The notes under the pieces were generated by a model that was given only the letters and a program-made list of their open reading frames with translations, had not been told where the DNA came from and ran no database searches. The translations under genes and the position numbers were made by a program. A stretch of DNA of 64,000 nt, taken from positions 9,829-73,828 of IMG/VR virus record IMGVR_UViG_3300042922_000250, one strand, 5' to 3'. Positions 18,877 through 28,937 of the stretch are shown piece after piece. The DNA is from a virus. The number at the start of each line of letters is the position of its first letter. The stretch's first letter is position 1.

Positions 18877-20337
18877 TCAGAAATTCACCTCGCTTACGTT
18901 AGTAACTAGAGTTTGAACGGCCAACCTTCCCGATGATCCGCTTATTCTGGCCTCTAAATAATCAAGCCTCTTTTGTAGATTCTTTCTTATTCGAGTATAT
19001 TTATCTGACACAATTGGCGATTCGTCACCATATATCTCTGATTCATCGCCAAAAATATCGCTGTCCGTAGATGAAAACATATACGGATATGACTTTGTAC
19101 TTAACTCTAAATTTGCATTTCCAGGAACAAAGTTAACCGTCATATAATTGAAGTACTCAAGGATATATTTTTTCAATGTCGGAATATGGCGTTTTGTAAT
19201 GAGCAAGTAGTCAAAATTATTACCATCATCAGTATCTATGGTCTCATCGATTTTGCCTATTTTATTACCGTATAAAACATACACATTGTTTTCGTTTATC
19301 ATCACATCGTTAATCTGATAGGCAAACGTTCTGCGTGTCCAACTGCCTGCAATGCCATTCACCGTAACATTATAGTGATACATATAGACGAGTTTGTCTG
19401 ATTGTCCTTTTACCCATATTTGGCGTTTACTAGGAACATGCCACATATGCGCCCCTACATCCGAATTAAGCACAAACCACGGGTTTATAAAATAACCAGG
19501 TGCAGGATAATCTACTTTAACTGCTCCGTATGAATCAGTGGTTGTGAATGATTGAATGCCATCACTGCCGCAAAAATACGCTACATTGCCAACGGACAGG
19601 CCGCAATTGTAATTATAAGCATATACGTTATCGGCGGCAGCAATTACAGCCACGCTGTTAAAGTTATTCTCATTAACAATTCGATACGGTGTACCACTTG
19701 ACTTAATAACGATAAAATCCTGCGATAGTCGCATTGTTGCAGTAATTACGCCTGCATCTTTATAGCCAACATCGATAAACTGAGCGGAAGAAATGTCAGA
19801 CGGATTATTTGTCCATCCGATACGATCACCGATCGCAGAGTAATTCACAACATCAGAAAAGATATTATAAGCTCTGACTCGACCAGATACAACGCTAACA
19901 TGGTGAGAATTTGGCGATCCCGTTGTAGTTGCTAATGTAGATCCATCATACTCCTGAACTTGACCGCCACTAGCAATCAATGCATAAGTATCATATAAAC
20001 AAAAAGCAGGCCTATACGTGCCTGTTAGTGTGCCTATATGCGTTTTTGTTGCAAAGTTAGTTGTGACAGTATATAGTTCTTGTCCGCTTACAACCAAGTA
20101 AATGTCGTGTACTTTATCATAAAATCCTGCTGTCGCTTCTTCTGTTAAGTCCAACTGAGTGACTACACCAGGAACTACCTGAGGTTGCAAAACCTCGCCG
20201 CCGTACTCCCAATTATAGGCTCTTTGTACACATGCATCAGGTATTGATTCCGGTGTTCCTACTAGGCATTCGCCGCCCATTAAATTAGAAAGGGTAATTG
20301 GGTGTGACGTAGCGTTTTTAGCTTGGTATGTACCCAT
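18877..20337 (-). CDS. Tail hub/nozzle (P22 gp10-like, beta-propeller)
   Basis: Beta-rich; VNYSAIGD...W pattern; gene order. Confidence 0.65.
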   Translation of the reverse strand: MGTYQAKNATSHPITLSNLMGGECLVGTPESIPDACVQRAYNWEYGGEVLQPQVVPGVVTQLDLTEEATAGFYDKVHDIYLVVSGQELYTVTTNFATKTHIGTLTGTYRPAFCLYDTYALIASGGQVQEYDGSTLATTTGSPNSHHVSVVSGRVRAYNIFSDVVNYSAIGDRIGWTNNPSDISSAQFIDVGYKDAGVITATMRLSQDFIVIKSSGTPYRIVNENNFNSVAVIAAADNVYAYNYNCGLSVGNVAYFCGSDGIQSFTTTDSYGAVKVDYPAPGYFINPWFVLNSDVGAHMWHVPSKRQIWVKGQSDKLVYMYHYNVTVNGIAGSWTRRTFAYQINDVMINENNVYVLYGNKIGKIDETIDTDDGNNFDYLLITKRHIPTLKKYILEYFNYMTVNFVPGNANLELSTKSYPYMFSSTDSDIFGDESEIYGDESPIVSDKYTRIRKNLQKRLDYLEARISGSSGRLAVQTLVTNVSEVNF

Positions 20338-20340
20338 CCA

Positions 20341-20817
20341 TTACCCTCCCTTGGCTTTAGCGAATGCATTGGTGTCTCGATCCAAAATGTCAATATCCTG
20401 TTGTACATTCATGCTATTGTCTGACTGTAGGCGCGTGCTGATATATGACGCAACAATATCTGCGTACTCGTCAGGGAGGGGGAAATTATCAGACGATGAA
20501 TTTACTCTAGACACTTTAGTTGAATATCTGAATTTAACACTGGGAGGCGCACCAACAGCCAAGGAAATAGTTGAACCCATTGCATTAACTGGATATTGAG
20601 AAGTCGGCGGAAAGAATGCGAAAAAATCACTCGGCTTTGTTATTGTTCCTGTAATTACTAATTCTTTTATAACTTCCGGATCTTTTGACGATACTCGCAA
20701 GTTTTGAACATAGTAAATGCCAGGATTGGTATATGTCATTAACTTTGCGCTGTCGTAGTCGCTTGTGTCGCTATTCAGAAGTTGCAAGGCGAGTGCATGA
20801 ATATCAGATATTTGCAT
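20341..20817 (-). CDS. Head-tail adaptor-like protein
   Basis: FPLPDEYADIVASY motif; gene order. Confidence 0.55.
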   Translation of the reverse strand: MQISDIHALALQLLNSDTSDYDSAKLMTYTNPGIYYVQNLRVSSKDPEVIKELVITGTITKPSDFFAFFPPTSQYPVNAMGSTISLAVGAPPSVKFRYSTKVSRVNSSSDNFPLPDEYADIVASYISTRLQSDNSMNVQQDIDILDRDTNAFAKAKGG

Positions 20818-20819
20818 TA

Positions 20820-21425
20820 TTAATAATCACCTCTGCCGCAACTTCCGGAGTAGTAACCGTCAACAACCGTTACGCCTGTCTCAATATTTCCTAGTAGCTT
20901 ACCAATTGTAGAGTTATATTCAGCCACCAAATCAAACCCATTCCCGGATAAAACAGCAACGATATATTGCACCAATAACTCTTCAACGTCCGTCTGATAG
21001 CCGCTATCGTCCGTATCTTCCATGTTTTCTGTCTCTGGAATATAGGTAATTTCATAGTCATATGATTTGTCTGGGATTGGATAGAATTTAACAACGTTTG
21101 TATTTAACAAATAGTATCGTCTCGGTTCTCCGGTTCTTGTTTTATCCGGTATCTCAGATAAGGATACCTTTGTTACTGGGTGTTTATTTAAACGAAAGTC
21201 AATAATCTTGATTGGCTTCTTAGCCATTGCCAGAGACTCGCCAGCATTTACCGTTCCAGTAATTTCTTCCGATAATTGCATTGGCATATGGTCAAGTATT
21301 GTTTTGCGCAACAACTTATTCCCTTTGTTGTATCTATCCATTAATTCATATGAATTGAACACGTCAAATCCGATGTTTTTTAATTCATAGTTAGCACTAA
21401 GCAACAATTCGTTGATAATCGTCAA
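20820..21425 (-). CDS. Head-tail adaptor-like protein
   Basis: TGEPRRYY...FYPIPDKSYDYEITY motif. Confidence 0.6.
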   Translation of the reverse strand: MTIINELLLSANYELKNIGFDVFNSYELMDRYNKGNKLLRKTILDHMPMQLSEEITGTVNAGESLAMAKKPIKIIDFRLNKHPVTKVSLSEIPDKTRTGEPRRYYLLNTNVVKFYPIPDKSYDYEITYIPETENMEDTDDSGYQTDVEELLVQYIVAVLSGNGFDLVAEYNSTIGKLLGNIETGVTVVDGYYSGSCGRGDY

Positions 21426-21450
21426 TTTGTCACCTCCAATAAAGGAATAA

Positions 21451-21469
21451 GGAGGGGCAAAGCCCTCCC
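21451..21469 (-). terminator. Terminator after the capsid genes
   Basis: GGAGGG-gcaaag-CCCTCC hairpin, followed by T-rich sequence on the minus strand. Confidence 0.55.
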
Positions 21470-21473
21470 GTTA

Positions 21474-21938
21474 CTACGATGTAAAAGTTACTACGCAAGT
21501 TCCACTTGCTGCTAATCCCGCAAGTCCTTGCTGTGCTACCAAACTAGCTGTTAATGTAGCCGTTTCAGCATTTAACCATGCAGCAGCAGCACCGGACAAG
21601 GTGACAGATAGCACACCATCAGTCATGAGATGCGCTCCTGCTGCTGGAGATATCGCGGCTGTTCCGGCTGTTGATGTGTCAGCTACGGCCAAAGTTATTG
21701 GTCCGGAGTACCATGTATGGCGTTCGCCGTCTGCCGTTTCAAGAGCAACAGAAACAACCTGGCTCCATGCCGCAGAAGTTGGAGCAGGTGTTGCGGTTGC
21801 CGGGGTGCATTTTACGACAATATCTCCGCTTAAAGCTTTGAATAATGCTTTGATGTTGGTTAATTCGCCAGTCATACCACCGTTAGCCAATCCGGTTCTT
21901 AATGACTCCATGCCTGGGTTATAAGTTACATCTGCCAT
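21474..21938 (-). CDS. Capsid decoration/Ig-like protein
   Basis: A/T-rich beta protein, TAATG-coupled to the major capsid gene. Confidence 0.55.
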   Translation of the reverse strand: MADVTYNPGMESLRTGLANGGMTGELTNIKALFKALSGDIVVKCTPATATPAPTSAAWSQVVSVALETADGERHTWYSGPITLAVADTSTAGTAAISPAAGAHLMTDGVLSVTLSGAAAAWLNAETATLTASLVAQQGLAGLAASGTCVVTFTS

Positions 21939-22912
21939 TATTCCACCGCCCCGCCAGTCATTACCTGGATAACGCCATAATCCTTGCTGTCGTATACGGA
22001 TTTATTCATAGAACCCCAGAACGCACAACCTTGACCCAATACGTTTCCGTAATCGTCATCATCTTTAATAGGCCACATGTTGCGACCAATTGCATGGCAG
22101 CAAGCTTGTTGACCAAGTAGCAGATTGTGAACTACGTTTGCAGAGCTTGCGCCGGTAGTGGTGTTTTTAATGCGCTCCCACTCGTAAACTGCTACACCAT
22201 CAATAAAGCCTAAAACTCCGCTAAACAATGGGTTTTTCTTCATGTCACGAATGCCAGCACCTTGCTGGTTCGCAATCCATACGGGATCTGCCTTTAGGTC
22301 ACGAGCCGCCCAAGTTCCAACGAGCATAATATACATGTCCTCGCCTTCAACTTTTAGCGGTATAACTTTCGGAGAGTGCGTGATAGCTCTGCGCTTTGCT
22401 TTAGAAATAAGCGCACAAGTCAATTTATCATTTGCGGTAATAGCAACTTCAGTACCAGCAGCAGCAGCAGACATCCATTCACCAGCAGAAGAAGTGCCGG
22501 TAGGTGAAGTTGTCATTTTAGTTACAAACGTTTTTTCCTGCCAGTTACCATACCACCGGACAAGAGCTTTTTTAATCATAGGCCATTGCTCATATACGGG
22601 TTTTTGAGTATCCCATTCAGTAGAACTAACGGCATGACGCACTTGGTCAATGGTAACCGAGAAATCATGTACAATGTGCGCCTCTTCATTGCCTTTAAGC
22701 GTTGCATTACCGGTTACGCCATCGCCAGTTAATTCCATTTCAAGGCCGAAGGTAATCGTCGTTCCTTTTTTGCTTACAAGGTCAGTGTTTTTGTGAATAA
22801 CGTTGCTACCATCAGTAGCGGTCAACTTCGATACCCAGTTTTCTTTTTCGCCCTCAGTTTGAATTTTTGATACCCACAATTGCGGGATTAATGCGGTATT
22901 GATTGTATTCAA
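21938..22912 (-). CDS. Major capsid protein, N4-gp56/DUF4043 family
   Basis: DL..KKG.TITF.L...LTGDGVTGN.TL.GNEE, IDQVRHAV, NPLFSG.LG..DGV, KDYGVI. Confidence 0.88.
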   Translation of the reverse strand: MNTINTALIPQLWVSKIQTEGEKENWVSKLTATDGSNVIHKNTDLVSKKGTTITFGLEMELTGDGVTGNATLKGNEEAHIVHDFSVTIDQVRHAVSSTEWDTQKPVYEQWPMIKKALVRWYGNWQEKTFVTKMTTSPTGTSSAGEWMSAAAAGTEVAITANDKLTCALISKAKRRAITHSPKVIPLKVEGEDMYIMLVGTWAARDLKADPVWIANQQGAGIRDMKKNPLFSGVLGFIDGVAVYEWERIKNTTTGASSANVVHNLLLGQQACCHAIGRNMWPIKDDDDYGNVLGQGCAFWGSMNKSVYDSKDYGVIQVMTGGAVE

Positions 22913-22929
22913 TATTTACACTCCTTTTT

Positions 22930-23931
22930 TTATACCAATCTTGGATCTATTTGTTTTAACATTTCTTTTGGAATCTGATCGCTTTTACCATCGCGGATAA
23001 GCTGTTCAACTTGCGCCCATGACATTGCAGATGTTTTTGCGCCGCTAAGATTCTGCGCCATTGGCAACCCTGCCGCTTTATCTAGCGGAGTTGTTGCAAT
23101 TTGTGCTGCTTGCTCTGGCAAAGAAATAGCACCCTGTGCAGGTGCTTGCGTGATACCTTTCATTTTGTCTTGACATTTCTTAGCGAACTCGCGGAGAACA
23201 ACAAAGTCGTCTTTTGTGCCGAACCCGTTATCAACTCGCTCATAGGCTTCGTCAATCTTCCTGGCTTCTTTTCTAGGAAGTTCGTCAAGCTCTGCCTCTG
23301 CGAATTGTAGCAACACCGGAAAATCAGGTATTGCTTTTAACTCTTGCGCGAAGCTTAAGTTTTCATTCAAAACAACCTGTCGCTGTTGATAATCGGCTTC
23401 TAGGCGATATTCTTCTTTAGATACGCCCTTAACATATTGCAAATACTTGGCCGGGTCTGTATATTGCAATGTTTCGATATCGTCAGTTATCTTAAGAGCT
23501 TTTCTGATTTTTTCATCAGCCATTTTAGCAATTAGCTCGCTAACATCGATTTGTTGAGGCTGTTGATTTGTCTGAGCAGCGGCGGGTGCTGGCTGTTGAA
23601 CAGGCGCTGACTGTTGCTGTTGCGAAGCCTTTACTGCGGCTAATTCAGCAGCAAGAAGCTTGTTCTTGTCGTTAATCTCCTTGAACCGGTCATACGCTAT
23701 TACGGTAGGTTTTAACTTTTCGGCTGTATCGCCGCCGACTTGCGAAGGTTCTTCCTGTTCGGCTGAATGTTCGGCTGAATTATCTTGTTCCTCTGCCAAC
23801 TCGGCAGGAGTTTCAGTAGTTTTTTCGGTTTCTTTTGGTTGTTCGGTTGTGATTCCTTGCAGTTCTTCCGCGGTAAAATGGTCTTTTAACGTGTCCACCG
23901 GCACGAGATTTATTTCTTCCATTATTAGCAC
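22930..23931 (-). CDS. Capsid scaffolding protein
   Basis: Acidic N-terminus, YDRFKEINDK motif; directly upstream of the major capsid gene. Confidence 0.7.
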   Translation of the reverse strand: MLIMEEINLVPVDTLKDHFTAEELQGITTEQPKETEKTTETPAELAEEQDNSAEHSAEQEEPSQVGGDTAEKLKPTVIAYDRFKEINDKNKLLAAELAAVKASQQQQSAPVQQPAPAAAQTNQQPQQIDVSELIAKMADEKIRKALKITDDIETLQYTDPAKYLQYVKGVSKEEYRLEADYQQRQVVLNENLSFAQELKAIPDFPVLLQFAEAELDELPRKEARKIDEAYERVDNGFGTKDDFVVLREFAKKCQDKMKGITQAPAQGAISLPEQAAQIATTPLDKAAGLPMAQNLSGAKTSAMSWAQVEQLIRDGKSDQIPKEMLKQIDPRLV

Positions 23932-24064
23932 TCCTTTTTACGTCTCGTGGACGAAATTTAATCTGTGCTTTTAACGACTGTTGCTGTCGATTGGCATAAA
24001 AAATACACCTATCGCTAGGTGCTATGCGTTTATTGAGAGTGTTTTACCACTCCGATCACACTCC

Positions 24065-24262
24065 TTAGATTCTTTTAACTAGCGTAGCCTGCATTCCTCT
24101 TGAACTTTCTTTTCCTGGTTCAAACTCAACCAATTCACCAACATCAAGCGTTATGTCTGTGCTCTGAATCGCCGAGAAATGGCAGAAGTAATTAGTTCCA
24201 TCATCGCCTGTTATTGTTCCATAGCCTTTGTTGTCGTCCCACTCTTTGCATGTTCCTTGCAT
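24065..24262 (-). CDS. Cold-shock domain protein
   Basis: RNP1 KGYGTI and RNP2 YFCHFSAI; GELVEFE...RGMQA. Confidence 0.88.
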   Translation of the reverse strand: MQGTCKEWDDNKGYGTITGDDGTNYFCHFSAIQSTDITLDVGELVEFEPGKESSRGMQATLVKRI

Positions 24263-24273
24263 GAATTACTCCT

Positions 24274-26313
24274 TTACATAGAATTACCGCCCTGTACAGG
24301 CGGTTGCTTCGGCGGGTTATTCATTTGCTGTTGCACTATCAAGCTTGCAGGATCAACCTGTATCCCTGCCTCTGCCAACACTGCTATTTTGCCTTCAATC
24401 GGCAAATCCTTGAAAGCGATTGATAACGAAGTCTTAGGAGGCGGCATCTGGTCAGCATCTTCTTGCTGCTTCTCCATCATCCTCCTCAACTCTGTTTTGT
24501 TATTGATCGGCATATACTCAAGCAACATCTGCGGAGGAATTTGAATTCCTGCTTTTTGCGCATCAATCAACTGGTATAACGTAGATTGCATAAGGGTTGG
24601 AGTCGATTGGCTAGGAGCAACAACAATATCAAACTCAAACTTTGACAGGTCATATAGCACACGCTGTACTAATTGCCCTTGTTCATCAATCACTGGCTTC
24701 CCTGTGTTCGGGTCGATTTGCGGTTGACGTGTTACCGCTTGATCTTGTCCGTTAGCCAACTCAACGAATTTATTCTCGCCATCCTTGCCAATAATTCGCA
24801 TTACCATTTGTTCTGTAAAGTATTGCGGTATTAGCCCAGGTCTTCCCTTATCACCCCAAAGCAAGTCAAGAATTAGGCGTTCTGAATAGTTTGCTTCATC
24901 AGCTAAGTCGCTAACCTGCATAAACGAAGCCTTTTGCCTGCGGTCAATCGCAACGCCGGACATATCACCCGGAACATTAATACTGCCCATCGTTTCAGGA
25001 TTGATACCACTTATCATGTAGAAGTCTTCGCCGCTAACCTTTTCCATTTCGACATTAGCAGTCGATATCCCATCCGGCATGATTCGTTCAACCTTAGTTA
25101 CGCTAGGCGGAACATTCAATTTTGCTCCCGGAGTAGTTCCAAACGATTTTAACTGCGCATCAAACTCAGGAGTGCTTGTTCCGTATATAAGCCATATGCC
25201 ATTAGCCTGCGTATTGACGATATGCATCCGCTGACTTCTGTGCTTATTAAGCTCTCGTTGAATCGGCTTCAAATCTCTGATCAGTCCAGCAGGTTCAAGC
25301 GAAGCGTCATTCTCGTCCTTTTCTGCCGTGTAATAGGCGAACTCTTGGACAAGAGGGAATCGCTTATGCTTGTATGGCGAGTCGCTTTCTTCTAACAGCA
25401 CATCATCTGTGAACACTAGATAGCGGTAATTACAGGATGGAATACGATGCTTTTTGATGCCAGGTATGCGAAGTGAAGCCATTGACTTCAATTCTTCTGT
25501 TTCTTCTAGTATCTCAGGGGTTCCGTCCATCTGATAAACGTTTCTAAATGACCGCTCTTTATACCAATACTGCGCCACCCTCAGTTTTTTTAATTCCTTA
25601 CTGTACCAAATTGGTTCGTTGGCGATTGACTCAACTTCTTTTTCTGCCTTGTCGTATTGGTGTTTTAGTCCGTTTATTTCGCTTGCCTTATCCTCATAAA
25701 TTAAGGATAATTCGTCAGGATCTTCCCAACTATACACACCACAAAACTCTGCATCTGACAAATCTTCTTTGATGCTCTCAGGATCAACAAATACTTCAAA
25801 CGGTGAACGGCGTTCAATCTTTATCATTCCGTCCATTTTGTCATAATCAAAGTCATAGAACACCCAATAATAGCCTTTGCCACATATTAGCCTGTCGCGG
25901 CTTACCTTCTTTTTGTGGCGATTAAACATGCACTTATCATATACATATTTATTAACGCCTTTTGCAATAGCGCATATTTCATCATCTTCGCCGCTTCTTG
26001 GCAGGAAGTTAGCTTCTGACATATTCTGTCCAAAATAACCTGATACCTGATTGATCAATGGTCTGCAACGGTTAATGGTGATTGCCGGTCTGCCCTGTTT
26101 CATTAGTGCCTGTTCGTCTTTAGCGTCCCATTGCTTACCCTGCACAAAACGAAAGTCTTCCCTTGCTTCCTTTCGCCAATCAACAGACGCTTCAAGAGAT
26201 AGGCTAACATTCTGTCTTGCTTTCTGTACTTTGCCTATGTCTGTTGGTTCTGATCTTATTGAATCGTCCATGTATTCACCTCCTTGAAGTCCAATGTTTG
26301 CATCTATTGTCAA
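24274..26313 (-). CDS. Portal protein, P22-like
   Basis: EDFRFVQGKQW, GRPAITINR, GLIRDLKPIQRELNK, SGVAIDRR; Q/P-rich tail. Confidence 0.88.
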   Translation of the reverse strand: MTIDANIGLQGGEYMDDSIRSEPTDIGKVQKARQNVSLSLEASVDWRKEAREDFRFVQGKQWDAKDEQALMKQGRPAITINRCRPLINQVSGYFGQNMSEANFLPRSGEDDEICAIAKGVNKYVYDKCMFNRHKKKVSRDRLICGKGYYWVFYDFDYDKMDGMIKIERRSPFEVFVDPESIKEDLSDAEFCGVYSWEDPDELSLIYEDKASEINGLKHQYDKAEKEVESIANEPIWYSKELKKLRVAQYWYKERSFRNVYQMDGTPEILEETEELKSMASLRIPGIKKHRIPSCNYRYLVFTDDVLLEESDSPYKHKRFPLVQEFAYYTAEKDENDASLEPAGLIRDLKPIQRELNKHRSQRMHIVNTQANGIWLIYGTSTPEFDAQLKSFGTTPGAKLNVPPSVTKVERIMPDGISTANVEMEKVSGEDFYMISGINPETMGSINVPGDMSGVAIDRRQKASFMQVSDLADEANYSERLILDLLWGDKGRPGLIPQYFTEQMVMRIIGKDGENKFVELANGQDQAVTRQPQIDPNTGKPVIDEQGQLVQRVLYDLSKFEFDIVVAPSQSTPTLMQSTLYQLIDAQKAGIQIPPQMLLEYMPINNKTELRRMMEKQQEDADQMPPPKTSLSIAFKDLPIEGKIAVLAEAGIQVDPASLIVQQQMNNPPKQPPVQGGNSM

Positions 26314-26421
26314 ATGGATGCTTTTCTATTTCTTTGTCGTCATATGCGCAAATGTTGCGCATTGCGTTCCATTCGTCGCTATGGCTTAGAAGCCATTCGC
26401 AATTAGCACATTTATGCCACA

Positions 26422-26655
26422 TTACTGCACCATCCCAGTGTTATAAAACATGTAGTAAATCTCCGATAATTGATCGCTTGTTAGCGAATCAACAAAGAAT
26501 TTAATCTCCAACGGCGTTGTTCCTGGATTGCGAGCTTTTAGCAAATCCATCTCTGACATTAGGACTCGGTAGGCGAAGTCGCGCAAGGCTTTGTCTGAGA
26601 CGTGAGGGCTAGCGTACATTATCGAGAAACCTCTTCGCTTTTTCGATTGTGTCAA
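26422..26655 (-). CDS. Hypothetical protein
   Basis: Coupled ORF between terL and portal. Confidence 0.45.
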   Translation of the reverse strand: MTQSKKRRGFSIMYASPHVSDKALRDFAYRVLMSEMDLLKARNPGTTPLEIKFFVDSLTSDQLSEIYYMFYNTGMVQ

Positions 26656-26875
26656 ACTCAGTTACATATAAACCGCGCTCCGCGACTACAACTCTACTGC
26701 CTGAATCTTCAACGATCATGTATCCCCGGTATTCTTGAAAAGGAACTGCTGTTCCAGGACTTGAACTAAGTTCTTTCATTAATGATTTGTTTTCAAGCTC
26801 CGCTGCCTGCTTCTTAGCTCTTGCCTCTGCTCTCGCCTGTGCTAATTTCGCTTTTTGCTCGTCAGTCATTGCCAT
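26609..26875 (-). CDS. Hypothetical protein
   Basis: MTDEQKAKLAQARAEARAKK; RBS present. Confidence 0.55.
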   Translation of the reverse strand: MAMTDEQKAKLAQARAEARAKKQAAELENKSLMKELSSSPGTAVPFQEYRGYMIVEDSGSRVVVAERGLYVTEFDTIEKAKRFLDNVR

Positions 26876-27073
26876 TTATTTAGCACCTTCCTTGTAGTCA
26901 ATCCAACTCTTTAACGCTTTAATGCACGATGAAGTTCTTTCTGTTTTTTCTATATCTATCTCGCTATTCATTGTTACGCCGTGCCGAATTACTCCGTCTT
27001 TAATGGCAAATATGTTGTTATTATCATCTAAACTAAACGAATACCCCTTATAATTTTCTATCCTGCCATCCAT
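26876..27073 (-). CDS. Hypothetical protein
   Basis: Overlaps the terL stop. Confidence 0.5.
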   Translation of the reverse strand: MDGRIENYKGYSFSLDDNNNIFAIKDGVIRHGVTMNSEIDIEKTERTSSCIKALKSWIDYKEGAK

Positions 27074-28365
27074 GATGTTGCCTCCTCTTCCTCTTGACGG
27101 TCATAGCCGCCATAGTCTATTTTTGGTTTTTCTTCCGCAATGTGTTCACGCCAATAGACCATTTCCTGCTCATTGCCGTATCGAATAGCATCAATCAAGT
27201 GATTGTTTCTATCAACAGGCTTGGCAAGCTGTTCACCATGTTTGTTTTCTTCCCACTTGTAAGAGGAAAATTCATTCTTTGTGTTTTGACAACGCACATC
27301 AATAATGATTTCCTGCTGTTGCAGCCATTGTATACCGTAATTAACGCTATCTTTACCCTTAATTGCACCAACCGTTGATATGCCGCGCTGCGCCAATTCT
27401 ATAATTGATTTAGGCTCTGAGCTATCGCAAGTAATTAATTCCTTGCCGATCATCGGCTTTAGTGATTTTGCTAAATCATCATTAGTCAATCCGCGCTCGT
27501 ATAACTCATCTAAGATATATAAACGTTTTCGCTTTCTATCGTAATGAGTACGAGCAGCAGCAGAAGGATCAGAAGCAAATCCGAAGTCAAGACCGTTATT
27601 AAACGTAGCAAATGTTTTGCGTTCCTCTGTTAAATCCCTAACAATCCAGTTAGTAAAGATAACGCCGCCAAGGAATCCCCAATTGCCAAGCAAATAAACA
27701 TCTTTATAATACTTGTCTTTGGTGTTCTCTAGCCTCTTTATATCGTCAGTTGTCAAGAATGTGTTGTCTTTGTATGTTGTCTTTAAGATGAATATTTCAT
27801 CATCTTTGTACTTCTTTGCTCCATCTGTCCAGATGGGCCTAAAGTATGTTGTGTATATCCAATGTGTTTGGTTGATCGGATTAAATGACAGGACGATTCT
27901 CTTATTAACCTTAGACATACCGCGCAGACGTTTATCTAACTGCTGGACATCTTCGTAATCAGCCTCAGTAGCTTCCTCATACCATATGTCAGTAATAACG
28001 CCCTTTGCCGGAGTTATAGACTTAACACGTTCTGAATCATCCATACCAATAAACAATATCTGATACCCATTCTGACAAGTTATAATCATATCTGTTTGAT
28101 TAAACTTAAACAGATGAGTACATTTGAATTTACTGATAGACTTACTTATTTCGTTATAAACAGAACGCTTTGCTGTGTTCGCTACCTTCCGAACAACCAG
28201 ATAATTATGACCACCTTTCAGTATATCAAGAACAGTTCTATCAGCAAGAAATACTGATTTCCCAGAAGATGAACCGCCATAATATACCTCCAACGGCGCA
28301 ACCCATCCAAGATACGGACGATAAACAGGATTAAAACACTTCTTGTCTATGTTCAAATTAATCAT
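27058..28365 (-). CDS. terL: Terminase large subunit, PBSX family
   Basis: YGGSSSGKS, Walker B WYEEATE, SFNP, GLDFGFASDP, CDSSEP, NHLIDAIRY. Confidence 0.93.
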   Translation of the reverse strand: MINLNIDKKCFNPVYRPYLGWVAPLEVYYGGSSSGKSVFLADRTVLDILKGGHNYLVVRKVANTAKRSVYNEISKSISKFKCTHLFKFNQTDMIITCQNGYQILFIGMDDSERVKSITPAKGVITDIWYEEATEADYEDVQQLDKRLRGMSKVNKRIVLSFNPINQTHWIYTTYFRPIWTDGAKKYKDDEIFILKTTYKDNTFLTTDDIKRLENTKDKYYKDVYLLGNWGFLGGVIFTNWIVRDLTEERKTFATFNNGLDFGFASDPSAAARTHYDRKRKRLYILDELYERGLTNDDLAKSLKPMIGKELITCDSSEPKSIIELAQRGISTVGAIKGKDSVNYGIQWLQQQEIIIDVRCQNTKNEFSSYKWEENKHGEQLAKPVDRNNHLIDAIRYGNEQEMVYWREHIAEEKPKIDYGGYDRQEEEEATSWMAG

Positions 28366-28662
28366 TGAATCAGTCCTTTTTAGGCAATAAAAAAAGCCCT
28401 TATTATAGGCTTGAAAAGTTTCGAACGTATAAAAAAAATTAGGATTTTGAAATACCGATAATTGATTGAAAAGGAGTGAAAAACTTGTAATTAGGGGTGC
28501 AATACAATTTGATAGCTGGTAGAAGTAGATATATATAGCACAGGCGCATTCGCCACAGCCCCCATACCCCCTCGAATCTCACACGCTAACGCCCGCCTGC
28601 GCTCATGTCTGCGTGTGAGCCTGTGCGCTCATGCACCAATGATCTGCACGCATGTATGCATT

Positions 28663-28773
28663 TGTTTGCTGGCTAGGATTTGCACCTAGCATAACGCAGC
28701 ACGAATTGCCTTGGCGCACCACTGCATCATCTAACAGCCAAGATTAATGTCTACCTATTCCATCACCACAAAC
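28663..28773 (-). ncRNA. tRNA-like RNA with non-canonical anticodon and variable region
   Basis: Class II D-arm TG-ATG-GAATAGGTAGA-CAT; T-arm CTAGG-TGCAAAT-CCTAG; bulged acceptor GTTTG.TGG/CCA.CAAAC. Confidence 0.55.
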
Positions 28774-28937
28774 AGGCATAAGAAAAGGACGCAACGAATA
28801 GTTACGTCCGATAATATTGAGTATGTAAACAATAGAATACAGTGTTTATGCGGCTTTCCGGATTCGCAGTTTACAATAACACAATTTACCATGTTAAAAC
28901 AGCTAAAATCCATTGAGCGTGGACATCTTTAGTTTAT

